Shown: one piece after another, positions 29,901 through 39,824 of the stretch
Layout of the letters: each line of letters starts with the position of its first letter
Position numbering within the stretch: position 1 is the stretch's first letter
DNA from: a virus
DNA length: 64,000 nucleotides
Reading direction: 5' to 3' (one strand)
Virus record (IMG/VR): IMGVR_UViG_3300025141_016386
Coordinates: 4,075-68,074 of that record
Notes under the pieces: generated by a model
What the model was told of the DNA's origin: nothing
The model's database searches: none
What the model saw: only the letters and a program-made list of their open reading frames with translations
Program-made: the position numbers and the translations under genes

Positions 29901-32900
29901 GTCGGGAGCTGAATTCTCAAGGCATCGATTCCATCAACCACCTGTCTGACATATGAGACGGCTTCGGCTGTCGCCTCTCCGTCCAGTAGGTCTAGTAATT
30001 CCTGTTGGGTTAAAATGGCAGATGTACCGTCCATAAAATCACCCATGTCCTGGTCTGTTGGTTTTGGCGCGCCTGGTAGACCCAAGGATCCCAGTGCGGC
30101 GTTTAGTTTATTTAGACTGGCGTTCAATTCGCCATCGTTGAGACTATCTCCACAAAGATTATTCGCGACAATTTCTCTGAAGCTGGCTCCACCTGCCACA
30201 TCTTTAAGAATTCCAGCTACATCCTTAATCATTTCACAGGAGACATTCAGGGAAATAGCTAGGAGCTTCTCAAGTATCAATGTAAGCGCCTTTACCACTA
30301 ATTGCTCCATGGCGTCTTCAGCTGCCTCGATTAATATAGTCTTGATGTCCATCCATGGCCGTGCCGGCATTTTTCTTATTACCGGGAGGGTGATAGCATA
30401 ATGACCATTACAGAAGTCAAGCTCTAGAGTTTTAAGAACATCATCCAGAGGAGGAGAAAAAAGTGGAGGACGCGGGCATTCTAAAATTTCTGATATGGCG
30501 CCTTTAACTAGGGCTGCGCCTGGGAGTTTGTCAATAAATTTCATAAGCGCTTGGGCTGAAATTATGTTTTCCTCTATTGCTTTTATTAATGCGTCTTTTA
30601 AGTGTATGATTGCATTGTCGGCGATGGCATCTAATGCAGTACCTACGGATCCTGCGTGTGCGAAGGGCCCAGCAAATCCTTTTGGGCCTAGACCTGGGGC
30701 AGCGGAAACTTTATCTGGGGGAGCCACCATAATTTCATTGCCATCTGCATCTAATTTTCCAGTTGGGACCGGGTCAGATGACTTGAATTTTTGTTCCTGC
30801 TCTTCTATCGTTGTTTTTGCTTTGGCGCGGAAGCTTTTGAGTTCACCATCTTCATCATATTTCGTAGTGATCTCTTCTTCATCTTGTTCACCCTCATAAA
30901 ATCCGGTTTTTTCTAGTCGTTTTTCCAGAGAGCCGGAGGCGGCCGAGAATTCGGCAGAATATTTAACTCCGGCGGCTTGATAGCTGCCGGGTCGATAGCC
31001 AGCCTCCCACGGAAGAGGGATTGATGTTATTTCCGAGACCGAATCTCTAATAAATTTTTGTAAAGAGGGGTCCATGGCGAAAAACATTTTTTCCATCTCT
31101 TTCTCGGTTGCATTTTTCAAAAATGATTTTACTAGAACCTCCATCGAGACGTTTATGTCAATACCCTTTAGTAAACACCCCAGACCATCCATAACTAACG
31201 AAGAAATACCGCAAACACCCAATTTATCAAGTATCTCTGTATATAATTCCTTCAAATTATTTACTTCTTCTAATTTATGCGGCAAGTCTGCAAAGATTTG
31301 ATCACCGGTGAATAGTTTTCTCGTATTTATATCCTTCCAGCGCTGGTCGATATCTTTAAGGATCTTGTATTTCTCGTCTTCTTGCTCTTTTGCCTCGGTG
31401 GTTAGGCAGGTTTTTTGTGCGACTGACTTAAAAAACAACTCCGGGAATGAAAGGGCTGTTCCTGCCACTTCAGATCCCAATATAACTGCCGGTTTTAGTA
31501 GGTTTGCTGCAAGTTCCGCAGCATTGCAGCCGTTTTCATCAACAAACTCCTGTACCATTGTTAGTTCTTGACCTATTTGTTCCTCAATTTTAGGATAATA
31601 GTATTTCTTTAAGAAAGGAGCCACAACTATGGGATTATCGGAAGTAACATCATCATAAATTGATGGGATATTTGCAACGAAAGCCAATGTTGTCGGGTAA
31701 TTGGCAACAGATTTCTTCAAAAACGAGTTCCAGCCCGCGCCACCAGCGACTTTATCCTTGTTCGTTCCCAATTCTACCGCATCACACCCCACATTATTAG
31801 CTTTTATATACTCTATGCCAGAGAAATCTTTTTTAAATCCGATTTCTACAGCCTCAAGGATGCCTCGCTTCTTTCTGAGAGGATTGAACTTGAATTTTTG
31901 GTCCTTAAGTAGGCCAATTAATGCTTTTTTAAACTGCCTTATTCGATCTCCTTCCTTTTTTAATAAAATGTTCTTTGGAAGGCCGGCGAGCTTACCCCGA
32001 AAGAGGAGTATTTCATATTGTTGGGAATATTTGTTCCCTATTGCTCGACTGACTAAGTTAAACATAGAACCATCTCCTCGAATATCCTCTCTTGTCAATA
32101 CAACATTGAGTGGAAATTCCGAAGAAGCCTCCGTGGGGCTCGATTCAGACGATTCTTCTTTTTCTTCCAACAGAAAAGTGGCATCCGTTGGCAGCTTAAT
32201 CAAAACTCTTACTTTGGCGCCCGTGCGGAAGTCCACGAAGTAATCAGCACTAACTTGAGAAACAAGAGATAAAATTATATCTTCCGTAGATTCTTTACCT
32301 ACAAAATCTAAAATTAATTTTATTCCCGTTTCAATATTCTCATTTATGATAGCGGTTGCTGGACGTTCTATGACATTGTCATACTTCGTAACTATAGGGG
32401 CCCAATATTCACATGTTCTTTCATTTAAGTATGGCTGTTCATTTGGTGCGGAGGTCCAATCTAAAACTGTAGCTGAGGGGTTGGGCTTGCAGCCCAAAGT
32501 GCACAACTCTTCTTCTTTTTCTTCTGGCGGGAGCTTACAAGAATCTGGGTCGAATTTATAAATATCCCCTTGTTCATATTTTTCCCTTTTTAGTTCCTCA
32601 ACCAGGGATTGATCAATATCACCGGTGTAGAACTTTTCAATAAAAATGTTCCAAAAAAGACTAGCTTCACTGTAAGTCAGGGTGGAGGAATTACCAAAAG
32701 GCTTGGATTTTGAGGCCCAGTCACTTTCATAATCCTCATATAGGGATGCGTTGTTTTCCAAATCAGCTTCGAGATCCAAGATTGTTGCCACGTCAAAAAG
32801 CGCGAATATTTCTTTTAAATCTCTGAATGAGTCATATAGTTTTCTTTCATAATTGAATCTGTGGGTGTATAATTTCGTTCCTAGAATTCTATACCAGAAT

Positions 32901-33691
32901 TTTTTAACCGAAGTTTTATAAAATTGGCCAGTGGATGGAATGATTTCACTGTCATCTTCCGGATCTTTGATGCTTCCGGGCCCTAATTGGAAAATTCCCG
33001 CATAAGTTCCATTTTTTTCATTGTCGTCGTGTGTTTCAAGATAGTCACGGAAGAGTGAGGGAATTAAATTCATCAAGGGCTCGTATCTTTTTTGATCAAT
33101 ATGCCGCGCGATGTCACCATATAGGTCGTTCGAAAGAGCTTCTTCGTATACTTCATCTAAATTTATCATTTTTTCCCAATGGGGATCAACTAAAATTTGG
33201 AGAGCGGAGGCGAAAAAATAGAAAAAATCTTCAGGATTGTAAGAGACCTTCGAAAAGTCCTGAATGCGGCTCCAAATCGTATGCATAAAGAGCTTGTTAA
33301 AGTCTGAATCATAAATATCCTCCAATCTAGTTCGAGCCCAGGAAATATTAAATCCCGTCATCTCGTCTTCCGGATTTATTTTTACGCCGGTGATGCCCCC
33401 CGAATTCGACTTCTTATAAACCGGCTCAGTATAGTAGTTTAATTCGGATGCATCCATATATGGATGCATCCAGAAACCTGCGGATTCGTTTGCATCCTGA
33501 CCTTCACCCGTCAAGTCTGGAAGCTCCATATGATAGTAGGAGTGCTTTTTACCAGGCTCTTCTGCCGAGTTATGTATGAAGGCCTGCTCTTGCAAGCCAA
33601 GATTAATTTTTAAAATTTGATTCACAGCAAAGCCGGTGGGTGGCCACTCGTCATCAACAAATCTTTTTGCTATTTCATGAAAAACGCTCAT
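26930..33691 (-). CDS. 2253-aa protein between spike and gp25 (hub/tape-measure-associated, function unknown)
   Basis: Long uninterrupted ORF, acidic and helical with scattered Cys; position in the baseplate module. Confidence 0.5.
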   Translation of the reverse strand: MSVFHEIAKRFVDDEWPPTGFAVNQILKINLGLQEQAFIHNSAEEPGKKHSYYHMELPDLTGEGQDANESAGFWMHPYMDASELNYYTEPVYKKSNSGGITGVKINPEDEMTGFNISWARTRLEDIYDSDFNKLFMHTIWSRIQDFSKVSYNPEDFFYFFASALQILVDPHWEKMINLDEVYEEALSNDLYGDIARHIDQKRYEPLMNLIPSLFRDYLETHDDNEKNGTYAGIFQLGPGSIKDPEDDSEIIPSTGQFYKTSVKKFWYRILGTKLYTHRFNYERKLYDSFRDLKEIFALFDVATILDLEADLENNASLYEDYESDWASKSKPFGNSSTLTYSEASLFWNIFIEKFYTGDIDQSLVEELKREKYEQGDIYKFDPDSCKLPPEEKEEELCTLGCKPNPSATVLDWTSAPNEQPYLNERTCEYWAPIVTKYDNVIERPATAIINENIETGIKLILDFVGKESTEDIILSLVSQVSADYFVDFRTGAKVRVLIKLPTDATFLLEEKEESSESSPTEASSEFPLNVVLTREDIRGDGSMFNLVSRAIGNKYSQQYEILLFRGKLAGLPKNILLKKEGDRIRQFKKALIGLLKDQKFKFNPLRKKRGILEAVEIGFKKDFSGIEYIKANNVGCDAVELGTNKDKVAGGAGWNSFLKKSVANYPTTLAFVANIPSIYDDVTSDNPIVVAPFLKKYYYPKIEEQIGQELTMVQEFVDENGCNAAELAANLLKPAVILGSEVAGTALSFPELFFKSVAQKTCLTTEAKEQEDEKYKILKDIDQRWKDINTRKLFTGDQIFADLPHKLEEVNNLKELYTEILDKLGVCGISSLVMDGLGCLLKGIDINVSMEVLVKSFLKNATEKEMEKMFFAMDPSLQKFIRDSVSEITSIPLPWEAGYRPGSYQAAGVKYSAEFSAASGSLEKRLEKTGFYEGEQDEEEITTKYDEDGELKSFRAKAKTTIEEQEQKFKSSDPVPTGKLDADGNEIMVAPPDKVSAAPGLGPKGFAGPFAHAGSVGTALDAIADNAIIHLKDALIKAIEENIISAQALMKFIDKLPGAALVKGAISEILECPRPPLFSPPLDDVLKTLELDFCNGHYAITLPVIRKMPARPWMDIKTILIEAAEDAMEQLVVKALTLILEKLLAISLNVSCEMIKDVAGILKDVAGGASFREIVANNLCGDSLNDGELNASLNKLNAALGSLGLPGAPKPTDQDMGDFMDGTSAILTQQELLDLLDGEATAEAVSYVRQVVDGIDALRIQLPTDDHIRNLFVGMGRIFDREAIRDRIRATSYRPISPAICASPAHLELFDEVRRSILQEKGLTEDECAEQLEKLKEKTLQDFDDLANVLNENYFGDLDVLGDPTCPESGIYPGEDPETKRQTQEMFNSNDDAINSIFMKELLTKRGVLNMILSDTQGVGFKKHNEFLINFFGNPSADKLGPFGFYVNDSGSAGKWAILSKLVDGFPMGFYPDKVAPYLQDILAGTGKTLGTGDTPNLKQPGLDVVFSNGSSPNLTLSFDIWDKGPLGFGPGYLKIDYNYDRDDDKLINMAIYSEDDKFDEPLIFNAPQSYDKETYERIESLSSPDRDRSLSNQAFVFGNIGRTAWSEYTTNQAEEIGSHFSGRLFEYLTEKSIEKFALKISENIRAFDFGYDPNAKTATSSLDHNEYGGTEKNPAFYVIPPKYAGWMGLYDDIVPETDDCSRVPILNFSSVSEKTAGYSDKLKEDPRLQIPAACAIDTERPFDRIMPKAALAGCDGAIRSTVRLYVMQSFIQGIPSFSLFDPKFPQVYNDTLSSYIAEKIKIGLLNTGRSFRVKRTRENYYYTFLEEVVQNFGKKVDLGEITPNSSQLSAMEAINDMQAQWQKPPRKPRINYKKRLHKKYLAWISAAESSCLILLNYYISEQVEEVGKLFSEALEPSIPNLESWVFGSPIWMSAGAISSEGPMDVATDPLNPTDPTTAKILAIDIKETETYGGGYFPFILEKYIKVEPLPDAASSAAPQIFGLDYWKGEVENLAAGKSTGTLTGKALSPDIEPVITKNLASWSYGLRISMIMSETMLHSAGPFNTDLFDESITDDQVDAIKSLKFGPKDERRYVIPVASAEVPMGTRTTPTIDLIDKYDINCMISELIATPEYKTLFNYCIPLQSLLSLVTIYITETFLLSIGAEWDETAGESSQFKRWNKDSNFKKTKRNLRRLFEAFYYSRDPYYKDEEMETGEEKTRKKLKVKKRIPADKQISWWKKRRQVPKPASECK

Positions 33692-34639
33692 TTATGTTGT
33701 CCTATTGTAACGACTACAGATCCATTGATCAGCATACGGCTTTAAAAAATTGTTCTTGAAATTAGACAAATTTGTGGATTGGGCCCAGGATGTAGAACCT
33801 GAGTTTATATGTTGTTTTATGTTCGCAAGTAAATAATTCGGCACCAAATCTACTGAAGGTTCTGTTGGCTTGGGGAGTGGGGCCACGGTGTGAACGTGTA
33901 GCTGAATAGCTCTATTATATTCTACCTGTGCTGACGAAAAATGATGGAATCTAGTTGCTAAATCCCCGAGCTGAGTTGCCAACTCATCAAGAGCGCCAAT
34001 GAGGTTATCGCCCTTAACAATCGGCTGTAGAAATTTTTTCTTTTTTGTTGTTCCTTTTATTTTTTGATTGGAATCATCGTTGCCGGCTATGAGATCAATC
34101 CCATAAGTAGATTTGATTCCTCCACCTTGGGAATTTTTCTTATCTGTTCCGGTAACCAGTTTAATGCCCTCTCTGGCTATGACCCTTACGGCGTCGGCTT
34201 TAATACCTATGCCAGAACGACCCTTTGAGGTGCCAACGTTGCCGGCTACCAAATTAAAATTCTCGTCAAGATCTGTTCTTTGGCTAATATAGATTCTTGC
34301 AGCATCGGAGGTAAAGTTCGGACTAACCCAGGTTTTTGATTTTGGACCACCCTCTACAGATGACATTCTACCAACCACCAGATCGATAGATCCACACTGG
34401 GTTGCACCCTGGCCACCATATCCAGATGGAGGCGTGGATGGGCGATCTCTTCCTAAAATTATCCAGGAATTATTTTTATTTTTAATAATTTTTTCGCAGG
34501 GAGTTTTATTATACTTGGGGACCGGCTCTCGTAAATTTGATCCGTTAAGGCCGGCGGTTTTATTTTTATTTTCTTTCGCGGTTTCTAGCTCCGGTTCGGG
34601 GAGATTTTCTAAATCTTTTAATTTTCTCTCTTCTGGCAT
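33692..34639 (-). CDS. baseplate central spike, gp5-C/gpV-like beta-helix
   Basis: Short beta repeats (SIDLVVGR, ARIYISQ, IKADAVRVIAREGIKLVTG), C-terminal HVH motif; AGGAG SD. Confidence 0.6.
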   Translation of the reverse strand: MPEERKLKDLENLPEPELETAKENKNKTAGLNGSNLREPVPKYNKTPCEKIIKNKNNSWIILGRDRPSTPPSGYGGQGATQCGSIDLVVGRMSSVEGGPKSKTWVSPNFTSDAARIYISQRTDLDENFNLVAGNVGTSKGRSGIGIKADAVRVIAREGIKLVTGTDKKNSQGGGIKSTYGIDLIAGNDDSNQKIKGTTKKKKFLQPIVKGDNLIGALDELATQLGDLATRFHHFSSAQVEYNRAIQLHVHTVAPLPKPTEPSVDLVPNYLLANIKQHINSGSTSWAQSTNLSNFKNNFLKPYADQWICSRYNRTT

Positions 34640-34669
34640 TCTTTGCTCCTGCTGCGGGCGTGGCTATCG

Positions 34670-36004
34670 TTATGAAGTGCCTGCGTATGATTTTACTCTT
34701 GCGAGGAAATCATCCCAATCCCAATAATTTCCGGGAGGGGCTGGGTTTTTCTTAGATTTTCTTCCGAGATTATTGCCCGGGTCGAACCGGCTATTACTTA
34801 TATTATAGTGGCCGATGATGCCCGGGTCTTTGCCTGTTACCCTAACGATTGGGATATTATATTTTGTTGTTAGTTTGGCGACCAATTTGGCAGTCGCATC
34901 AATAATTTGATCATTATACATTTTTGAGTATTTACCGTCAAGCCCCTGGCCCGGGCCATCAGCCGGTCTACCGTTCATTTCGATTCCGACTGAATTTCTA
35001 TCCATGTATCCTCCGGCATGATTAGCTATATCTTTTTCCAAGACGCCCTGAACAACATTTCCTCCCTGATCGATGGCATAGTGAATTGAAGTCTTGACGG
35101 GCGTTTCGACGCGTTTTCTTTTTTCATGACAGATGGTCCCTTCAGGCAGTTTGCCGTCGACCTCCTCAACCAAAGTACATTTTGGATTTGCTATTTTTTC
35201 TCCAGTTTTTTTATTTGTCCAATCAAATCTTAAAGTTGGGCCCTCGGCGAAGCGATGAATAGTGTGCGCGGCGCGCCCAGCACCAGAGGTTCCGTCAGTA
35301 GAGTGAAGCACCACATTATTAATCTCGTTGGGGCCTCTATTCGCCTCTGTATAATATTTTGCCTGGTTTTCACCCAAAGATGTTGGCTCTTGGGTGTCAA
35401 GGTAGGTGCCATCTGCGGCCGAAGAAAAGAGGCCTGCGAGGGACGGGGATGGTCGCGTGGGGCCCAGGATGGGTGTATTATTCGGGCCTTTTGCGATTAA
35501 TTTTTGAAATGTCGCGGTAGTCCAAGTGTCATCATCAAATTTTACTTCTATAATATCTTTTGGATCCAGCGTGAGGGCTACGTCGGCGGGCATATAAAAA
35601 TAGGGATGAATAGAGATTAGAAATTTTTCATGAGGGCCCTGGTTTAATTTTGATGAATTATCAATCTCTTTTAAATCGGCGTCAGTCTCAATTGCTCTCG
35701 GCCTAGGCAAGTTCGAATGAAGACTATCTACCCTGAAATATACTTTAACTTGCGGGTTCCTTGATGAATAATTTAAGTTTCCAATTAAAGTTGAATAAGG
35801 CACATCAGTTGATGAGTGCGATCTGTGAATGACTTCTGCTGAGAATGTAGTTTGCGAGAGGAGAGGATTTTTTTCGCGCAAGACCTCTGTGATGGCGGTG
35901 CGGACTTGCAGATGGCCGTCGTCAATATTCGTCCTATCGCTTGGTTTCGATGACGTATTTATGGAGAAAATATTTGTCTTAATATAAGTCCAGAGGCCGG
36001 CCAT
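34670..36004 (-). CDS. baseplate-associated N-acetylmuramoyl-L-alanine amidase (Amidase_2 at the C-terminus)
   Basis: Zinc amidase motifs VVLHST, SIHYAID, NHAG, SVGIEM, IIGH..RFDPG. Confidence 0.85.
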   Translation of the reverse strand: MAGLWTYIKTNIFSINTSSKPSDRTNIDDGHLQVRTAITEVLREKNPLLSQTTFSAEVIHRSHSSTDVPYSTLIGNLNYSSRNPQVKVYFRVDSLHSNLPRPRAIETDADLKEIDNSSKLNQGPHEKFLISIHPYFYMPADVALTLDPKDIIEVKFDDDTWTTATFQKLIAKGPNNTPILGPTRPSPSLAGLFSSAADGTYLDTQEPTSLGENQAKYYTEANRGPNEINNVVLHSTDGTSGAGRAAHTIHRFAEGPTLRFDWTNKKTGEKIANPKCTLVEEVDGKLPEGTICHEKRKRVETPVKTSIHYAIDQGGNVVQGVLEKDIANHAGGYMDRNSVGIEMNGRPADGPGQGLDGKYSKMYNDQIIDATAKLVAKLTTKYNIPIVRVTGKDPGIIGHYNISNSRFDPGNNLGRKSKKNPAPPGNYWDWDDFLARVKSYAGTS

Positions 36005-36007
36005 TAT

Positions 36008-36295
36008 TCACTCTCTCCCTTTCTGTAGCATGTCGAAGATAACTGTTTTGTCATCTTCGGATAAGGATTCGTTCTTTGTTTCTTTCTTTTGAATGAGTGT
36101 GGCCACCTTTACTAATTGCTCATTTGATCGTTGTAGGGTTTCAACATATTTGGCGGCGGTAATGCCAACCTCTCTGTGTCGCTCATCACTTTTGCTCAAA
36201 TATACCATTACGTCGTCCAATAAACGACGAGTTATATCCCTGTCTGTCCTAATATTTTTGATCGCCTCATCAATATAATTTTCGAGTTTTTTCAT
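36008..36295 (-). CDS. small coiled-coil hypothetical protein
   Basis: Start moved to MKKLENY (ATGA overlap with the sigma factor stop). Confidence 0.6.
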   Translation of the reverse strand: MKKLENYIDEAIKNIRTDRDITRRLLDDVMVYLSKSDERHREVGITAAKYVETLQRSNEQLVKVATLIQKKETKNESLSEDDKTVIFDMLQKGRE

Positions 36296-37029
36296 AGATC
36301 TCCACGGTCCCATTTTGTTTTGAAAATTTTATACCGGTGCCTCATCTTGTTTAAAGAATTCACAACTTGCTTTGTATTCAATCCGGTTATTTCCCTTATA
36401 TACAAATAAATAGCCTTCTTATTAAAAATTTCTATTTCATCCGGCGAACTTAAGATAATTTTTATTGCTTCGAGAACTTTTCTTTCATTTTCTCGGAGCT
36501 TCATTTTGTCCCAGGCAGCTATTTCAGTCCAAAGATGGGCCCAAAACTCGTCTTTTTCCCGGACTTCGTCATAATCCATTTCAACTGCGACATATTTCAA
36601 TTCCATTTCTTTTGACAAATCTTGGAATTCTATTTCTCTTTGTCGGCTTCTTTTGTTTTTCTTTACTTTTTGGATAAACCAGTTTTTTGTGATCACCGAG
36701 AAGTAAGAAAAGGCTTTTGAGCCCTTCTCTGGTTTGAATTTATCAAGAACAGTCGTGAGCCAAACTTTACAATCTTCGCGCAAAGTATCGATGTTTGGAA
36801 GGGTTGTGAACCTGTAGGTGAAAACAATCTTGTCGACCATTTCGCTCAAAGGAGGTTGAATAAGTGTTTTGTAAAGCTCTTCTCTCCTTTTAAAGTCATC
36901 ACAATTATTATATTCCACAATCGCATCTTCATTGACTTTTGTAAAATATCTTCTTGAATTTTTGCTTCTTCTTATTCTGCGGCGGCGCTTCTTCGGTGCC
37001 TTAACTTTCTCTTCTTGTGATGTCGTCAT
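36292..37029 (-). CDS. phage RNA polymerase sigma factor (gp55-like late sigma)
   Basis: Region-2-like LDKFKPEKGSKAFSYFSVITKN, N-terminal YFT..EDAIVEYN, C-terminal HTH-like IREITGLNTKQV; GGAGG SD. Confidence 0.7.
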   Translation of the reverse strand: MTTSQEEKVKAPKKRRRRIRRSKNSRRYFTKVNEDAIVEYNNCDDFKRREELYKTLIQPPLSEMVDKIVFTYRFTTLPNIDTLREDCKVWLTTVLDKFKPEKGSKAFSYFSVITKNWFIQKVKKNKRSRQREIEFQDLSKEMELKYVAVEMDYDEVREKDEFWAHLWTEIAAWDKMKLRENERKVLEAIKIILSSPDEIEIFNKKAIYLYIREITGLNTKQVVNSLNKMRHRYKIFKTKWDRGDL

Positions 37030-37333
37030 TTATATTTTCCTCCGCCATATCGCTGTTAGAATATAGGTCATATTGCTCGAAAACTGATGTTAGATCTTCG
37101 GCATGCGCCAACAAGTGGCGCAGGGTTTCATCACCGTAAAATGTCTCCATCTCGTAAACAGACCTCAAGTGATTAGTAAAATTTGTGATAACCGTGATGT
37201 TTTCTGTTAATTCTTCATCGTAGTATTTAACCTGGTTTACCAAGTTGATCAAATACCATGCCACGGCTCCGTGAACAACAAGGCTGACAATCAACATTAG
37301 GAGTAAGATTATAAAAATCAATGTCCAACTCAT
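37001..37333 (-). CDS. membrane-anchored hypothetical protein
   Basis: N-terminal hydrophobic helix followed by an acidic coiled coil. Confidence 0.6.
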   Translation of the reverse strand: MSWTLIFIILLLMLIVSLVVHGAVAWYLINLVNQVKYYDEELTENITVITNFTNHLRSVYEMETFYGDETLRHLLAHAEDLTSVFEQYDLYSNSDMAEENINDDITRRES

Positions 37334-37590
37334 GCTTTATATTCCTTTTCTCTCAATTTCTTTTTTTCTTCAGAAATAGATTTTTTATTCTTCTTTATGT
37401 AATCTTCAACAACGGATCCAACTTTTTTGTCGGAACTCTTGTTGATTTTGTTTATATAAGAAGGTATAGATGGAACACGACGAAAGGCCTGGGAGTTACA
37501 AATATTGCAATTCTCCAGACTTTCCGACATGCTATGTTTTATTTCGAAGTATTCATCGCAATCTTGGCAATGATAATTATACCTCGGCAT
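37330..37590 (-). CDS. FmdB-family zinc ribbon protein
   Basis: MPRYNYHCQDCDEYFE..CNICNS..RRVPS; start moved to MPRY. Confidence 0.8.
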   Translation of the reverse strand: MPRYNYHCQDCDEYFEIKHSMSESLENCNICNSQAFRRVPSIPSYINKINKSSDKKVGSVVEDYIKKNKKSISEEKKKLREKEYKA

Positions 37591-37768
37591 CTGGCTGTTC
37601 TTCTTCTTGTTGACCAAACTCTAAAATGGGTGGATTTTCCACTACCAGCCCCTCTTCGGTCTCTTTAAAGACGAATTCTTGAAAAACAGGAACGATATCT
37701 GATTGTTCCATCAATGATTTTTGTAGCGCCATCATTACTGCGCCAATTGCTTGATTTGATAAATGCAT
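37577..37768 (-). CDS. small hypothetical protein
   Basis: AAGGAG SD; first gene after a perfect sigma70 promoter. Confidence 0.65.
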   Translation of the reverse strand: MHLSNQAIGAVMMALQKSLMEQSDIVPVFQEFVFKETEEGLVVENPPILEFGQQEEEQPDAEV

Positions 37769-37789
37769 AATTATCTCCTTTGTATCTAT

Positions 37790-37818
37790 ATTATAACCCT
37801 TTATTCGCCATTTGTCAA
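37790..37818 (-). promoter_or_regulatory. sigma70 consensus promoter driving the sigma-factor operon
   Basis: TTGACA-17 nt-TATAAT, perfect consensus. Confidence 0.85.
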
Positions 37819-37821
37819 GGA

Positions 37822-38514
37822 TTAAAGTAAATTATTTTGATTTTTATATAATTTTTCTGCCACTTCAAACTGCCATTCATAATCTATGTCAAAACTTTCA
37901 AGCTCTTCCATAACAAAAAGATCGAGGTTGGGAGGAGATTCAGTGTTCATCCAATAACCTTCGCCAATAATATCCATTCTGCTGGCATATAAACAGTGGG
38001 CAGCTTCGTAAATAGGGTCCACAAATTTAGTATTCATTGAAGTAATTCCTTTCCAATCGGTTAAATTATTTTTATTCTTATCCCAGTAATAAGTCTTTTT
38101 TTCAAAGACTGCAAAGCAATTATCTTCTTTTGAAGATAAAAAATGCTCAATAAAAGAATCAATAGTCTCTATTTTCAAAAGGGGATTGCAGGCGCTCACC
38201 ATTATAACATACTTATATGGTAAATTATGCCATTCAAAAATTTCTTGTAGTTCTATTCCTTCTGAATTTAAAGACCTTTGAGATCGTTCGAAAATATTAA
38301 TGTTATGCTTTAATCCTATCTTCTTTAATTCAATATCGCACACAGAAAAATAAATGTTTTCTCTTGGAACTATGGACGATTTAGAGAGCTTTTTGAATAG
38401 TATATCAACCAACGTTGTACCTGCGAATGGTTTTATCATTTTTTGAGGTACTCGGGTGGATTCAAGGCGAGCTTGGACCATTATGCAGATCTCTGAAATT
38501 TTTTTATTATTCAT
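37822..38514 (-). CDS. acylneuraminate cytidylyltransferase (NeuA/PseF/SpsF family), copy 2
   Basis: QARLESTRVPQKMIKPF, ACNPLL, SFDIDYEWQF. Confidence 0.85.
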   Translation of the reverse strand: MNNKKISEICIMVQARLESTRVPQKMIKPFAGTTLVDILFKKLSKSSIVPRENIYFSVCDIELKKIGLKHNINIFERSQRSLNSEGIELQEIFEWHNLPYKYVIMVSACNPLLKIETIDSFIEHFLSSKEDNCFAVFEKKTYYWDKNKNNLTDWKGITSMNTKFVDPIYEAAHCLYASRMDIIGEGYWMNTESPPNLDLFVMEELESFDIDYEWQFEVAEKLYKNQNNLL

Positions 38515-38522
38515 CGGCAGTC

Positions 38523-39800
38523 CTATAAAATTTCATCTATATTTTCAACCACTTTGTGTATTCCATTGACGATGTTCTGCATATGATTCATATCGTAAGG
38601 TGGACGGATATCTAAAGTGGAAATAAGCTCTTTGTTGAATAATCTCTCAACTACTGGACATCCGGGATTTTCATAATCTACATGTTTTGCATAGTCTCTA
38701 ATTACCCAGTGCTTATTGGATCGATAAATATCTTGCTTATAAAGCGGAGGAACATATCCACAGCCAAAATTTAAACCCTCCGCGTTTAAAGCTTTCACAA
38801 ACTTTTCACGAGTAACAGCGGGGCCAGTATATCTCAGTGGAAAATTATACCAAGATGGTTCGTGAGAATAATCAGGAATCATATTTTCTACTCCGGGGAT
38901 ACCTGCCAAATTTCTTCTCAGGAAAGCGCCCATCTGGCGCTTTTTCTCTAAAATCGCCTCTAATTTTTTCCACTGCGGAATTCCAAATGCTGCGCTCAAC
39001 TCGGTCATCCTGAAGTTATAACCAATTATGCCCGAGTTCCCATTCACATCAAAACAGTAGTCGTAGTCGGTTGATCCAGAATATTCTTTGGCGGTACAAC
39101 CAACCTCCCCATGGTTCCTAACATATCTCATCCCATTATTTATCTTCACGTCATTTGTGATGGCGACACCCCCCTCACCAGAAGTAATGTGTTTTGACTG
39201 GGTGAAACTAAAGCCGCCGACGTCTCCAATGGTCCCGCAGATTTTTCCTTTATACAAGGCCATGGGTGATTGGGCACAATCTTCAAAAACAAATAGATTA
39301 TGTTGGCGCGCCAAATGCATTAATTTGTCCATATCGGCTGGAAGGCCGAAGAGGTGCACTACAAAAATAGCTTTTGTTCTATGTGTTATCTTTCTTGCTA
39401 CATCTTCTGGGTCTATACACCCAGTGTCCTCGCATACGTCTGCGAAAATGGGGATGGCTCCGCAGGAAATAATAGAAGTTGCGCACGAAGTCATAGTGTA
39501 GGGTGTGATTATTACTTCGTCTCCGGCCTCCAAGCCAAGAGAGAGCATAGATGCAACGATTCCATTAGACCAAGTATCGAAGGCCACCGCATAAGATGCC
39601 CCGGTTGAATCCTTAATACTTTTTTCAAATTCCATTACTGACTGGCCGCCATCATAATTTCCTGCTCGAAAGCCAGAAAAAGACTGCCTCTTAAAACATG
39701 AGATGATTTCCTCCACCTCTTCGTAACCGGTGTTTGGCCAAGGGTGGGATACTGGATTTGTTATTAATGGTGTTCCACCATTGATTGCTAATTTAGACAT
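38523..39800 (-). CDS. DegT/DnrJ/EryC1/StrS PLP aminotransferase (PseC-like)
   Basis: VVHLFG, EDCAQS, FSFTQSKHITSGEGG (PLP lysine), GYNFRM. Confidence 0.9.
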   Translation of the reverse strand: MSKLAINGGTPLITNPVSHPWPNTGYEEVEEIISCFKRQSFSGFRAGNYDGGQSVMEFEKSIKDSTGASYAVAFDTWSNGIVASMLSLGLEAGDEVIITPYTMTSCATSIISCGAIPIFADVCEDTGCIDPEDVARKITHRTKAIFVVHLFGLPADMDKLMHLARQHNLFVFEDCAQSPMALYKGKICGTIGDVGGFSFTQSKHITSGEGGVAITNDVKINNGMRYVRNHGEVGCTAKEYSGSTDYDYCFDVNGNSGIIGYNFRMTELSAAFGIPQWKKLEAILEKKRQMGAFLRRNLAGIPGVENMIPDYSHEPSWYNFPLRYTGPAVTREKFVKALNAEGLNFGCGYVPPLYKQDIYRSNKHWVIRDYAKHVDYENPGCPVVERLFNKELISTLDIRPPYDMNHMQNIVNGIHKVVENIDEIL

Positions 39801-39824
39801 AGTTAATTCTCCTTATTGATTATT

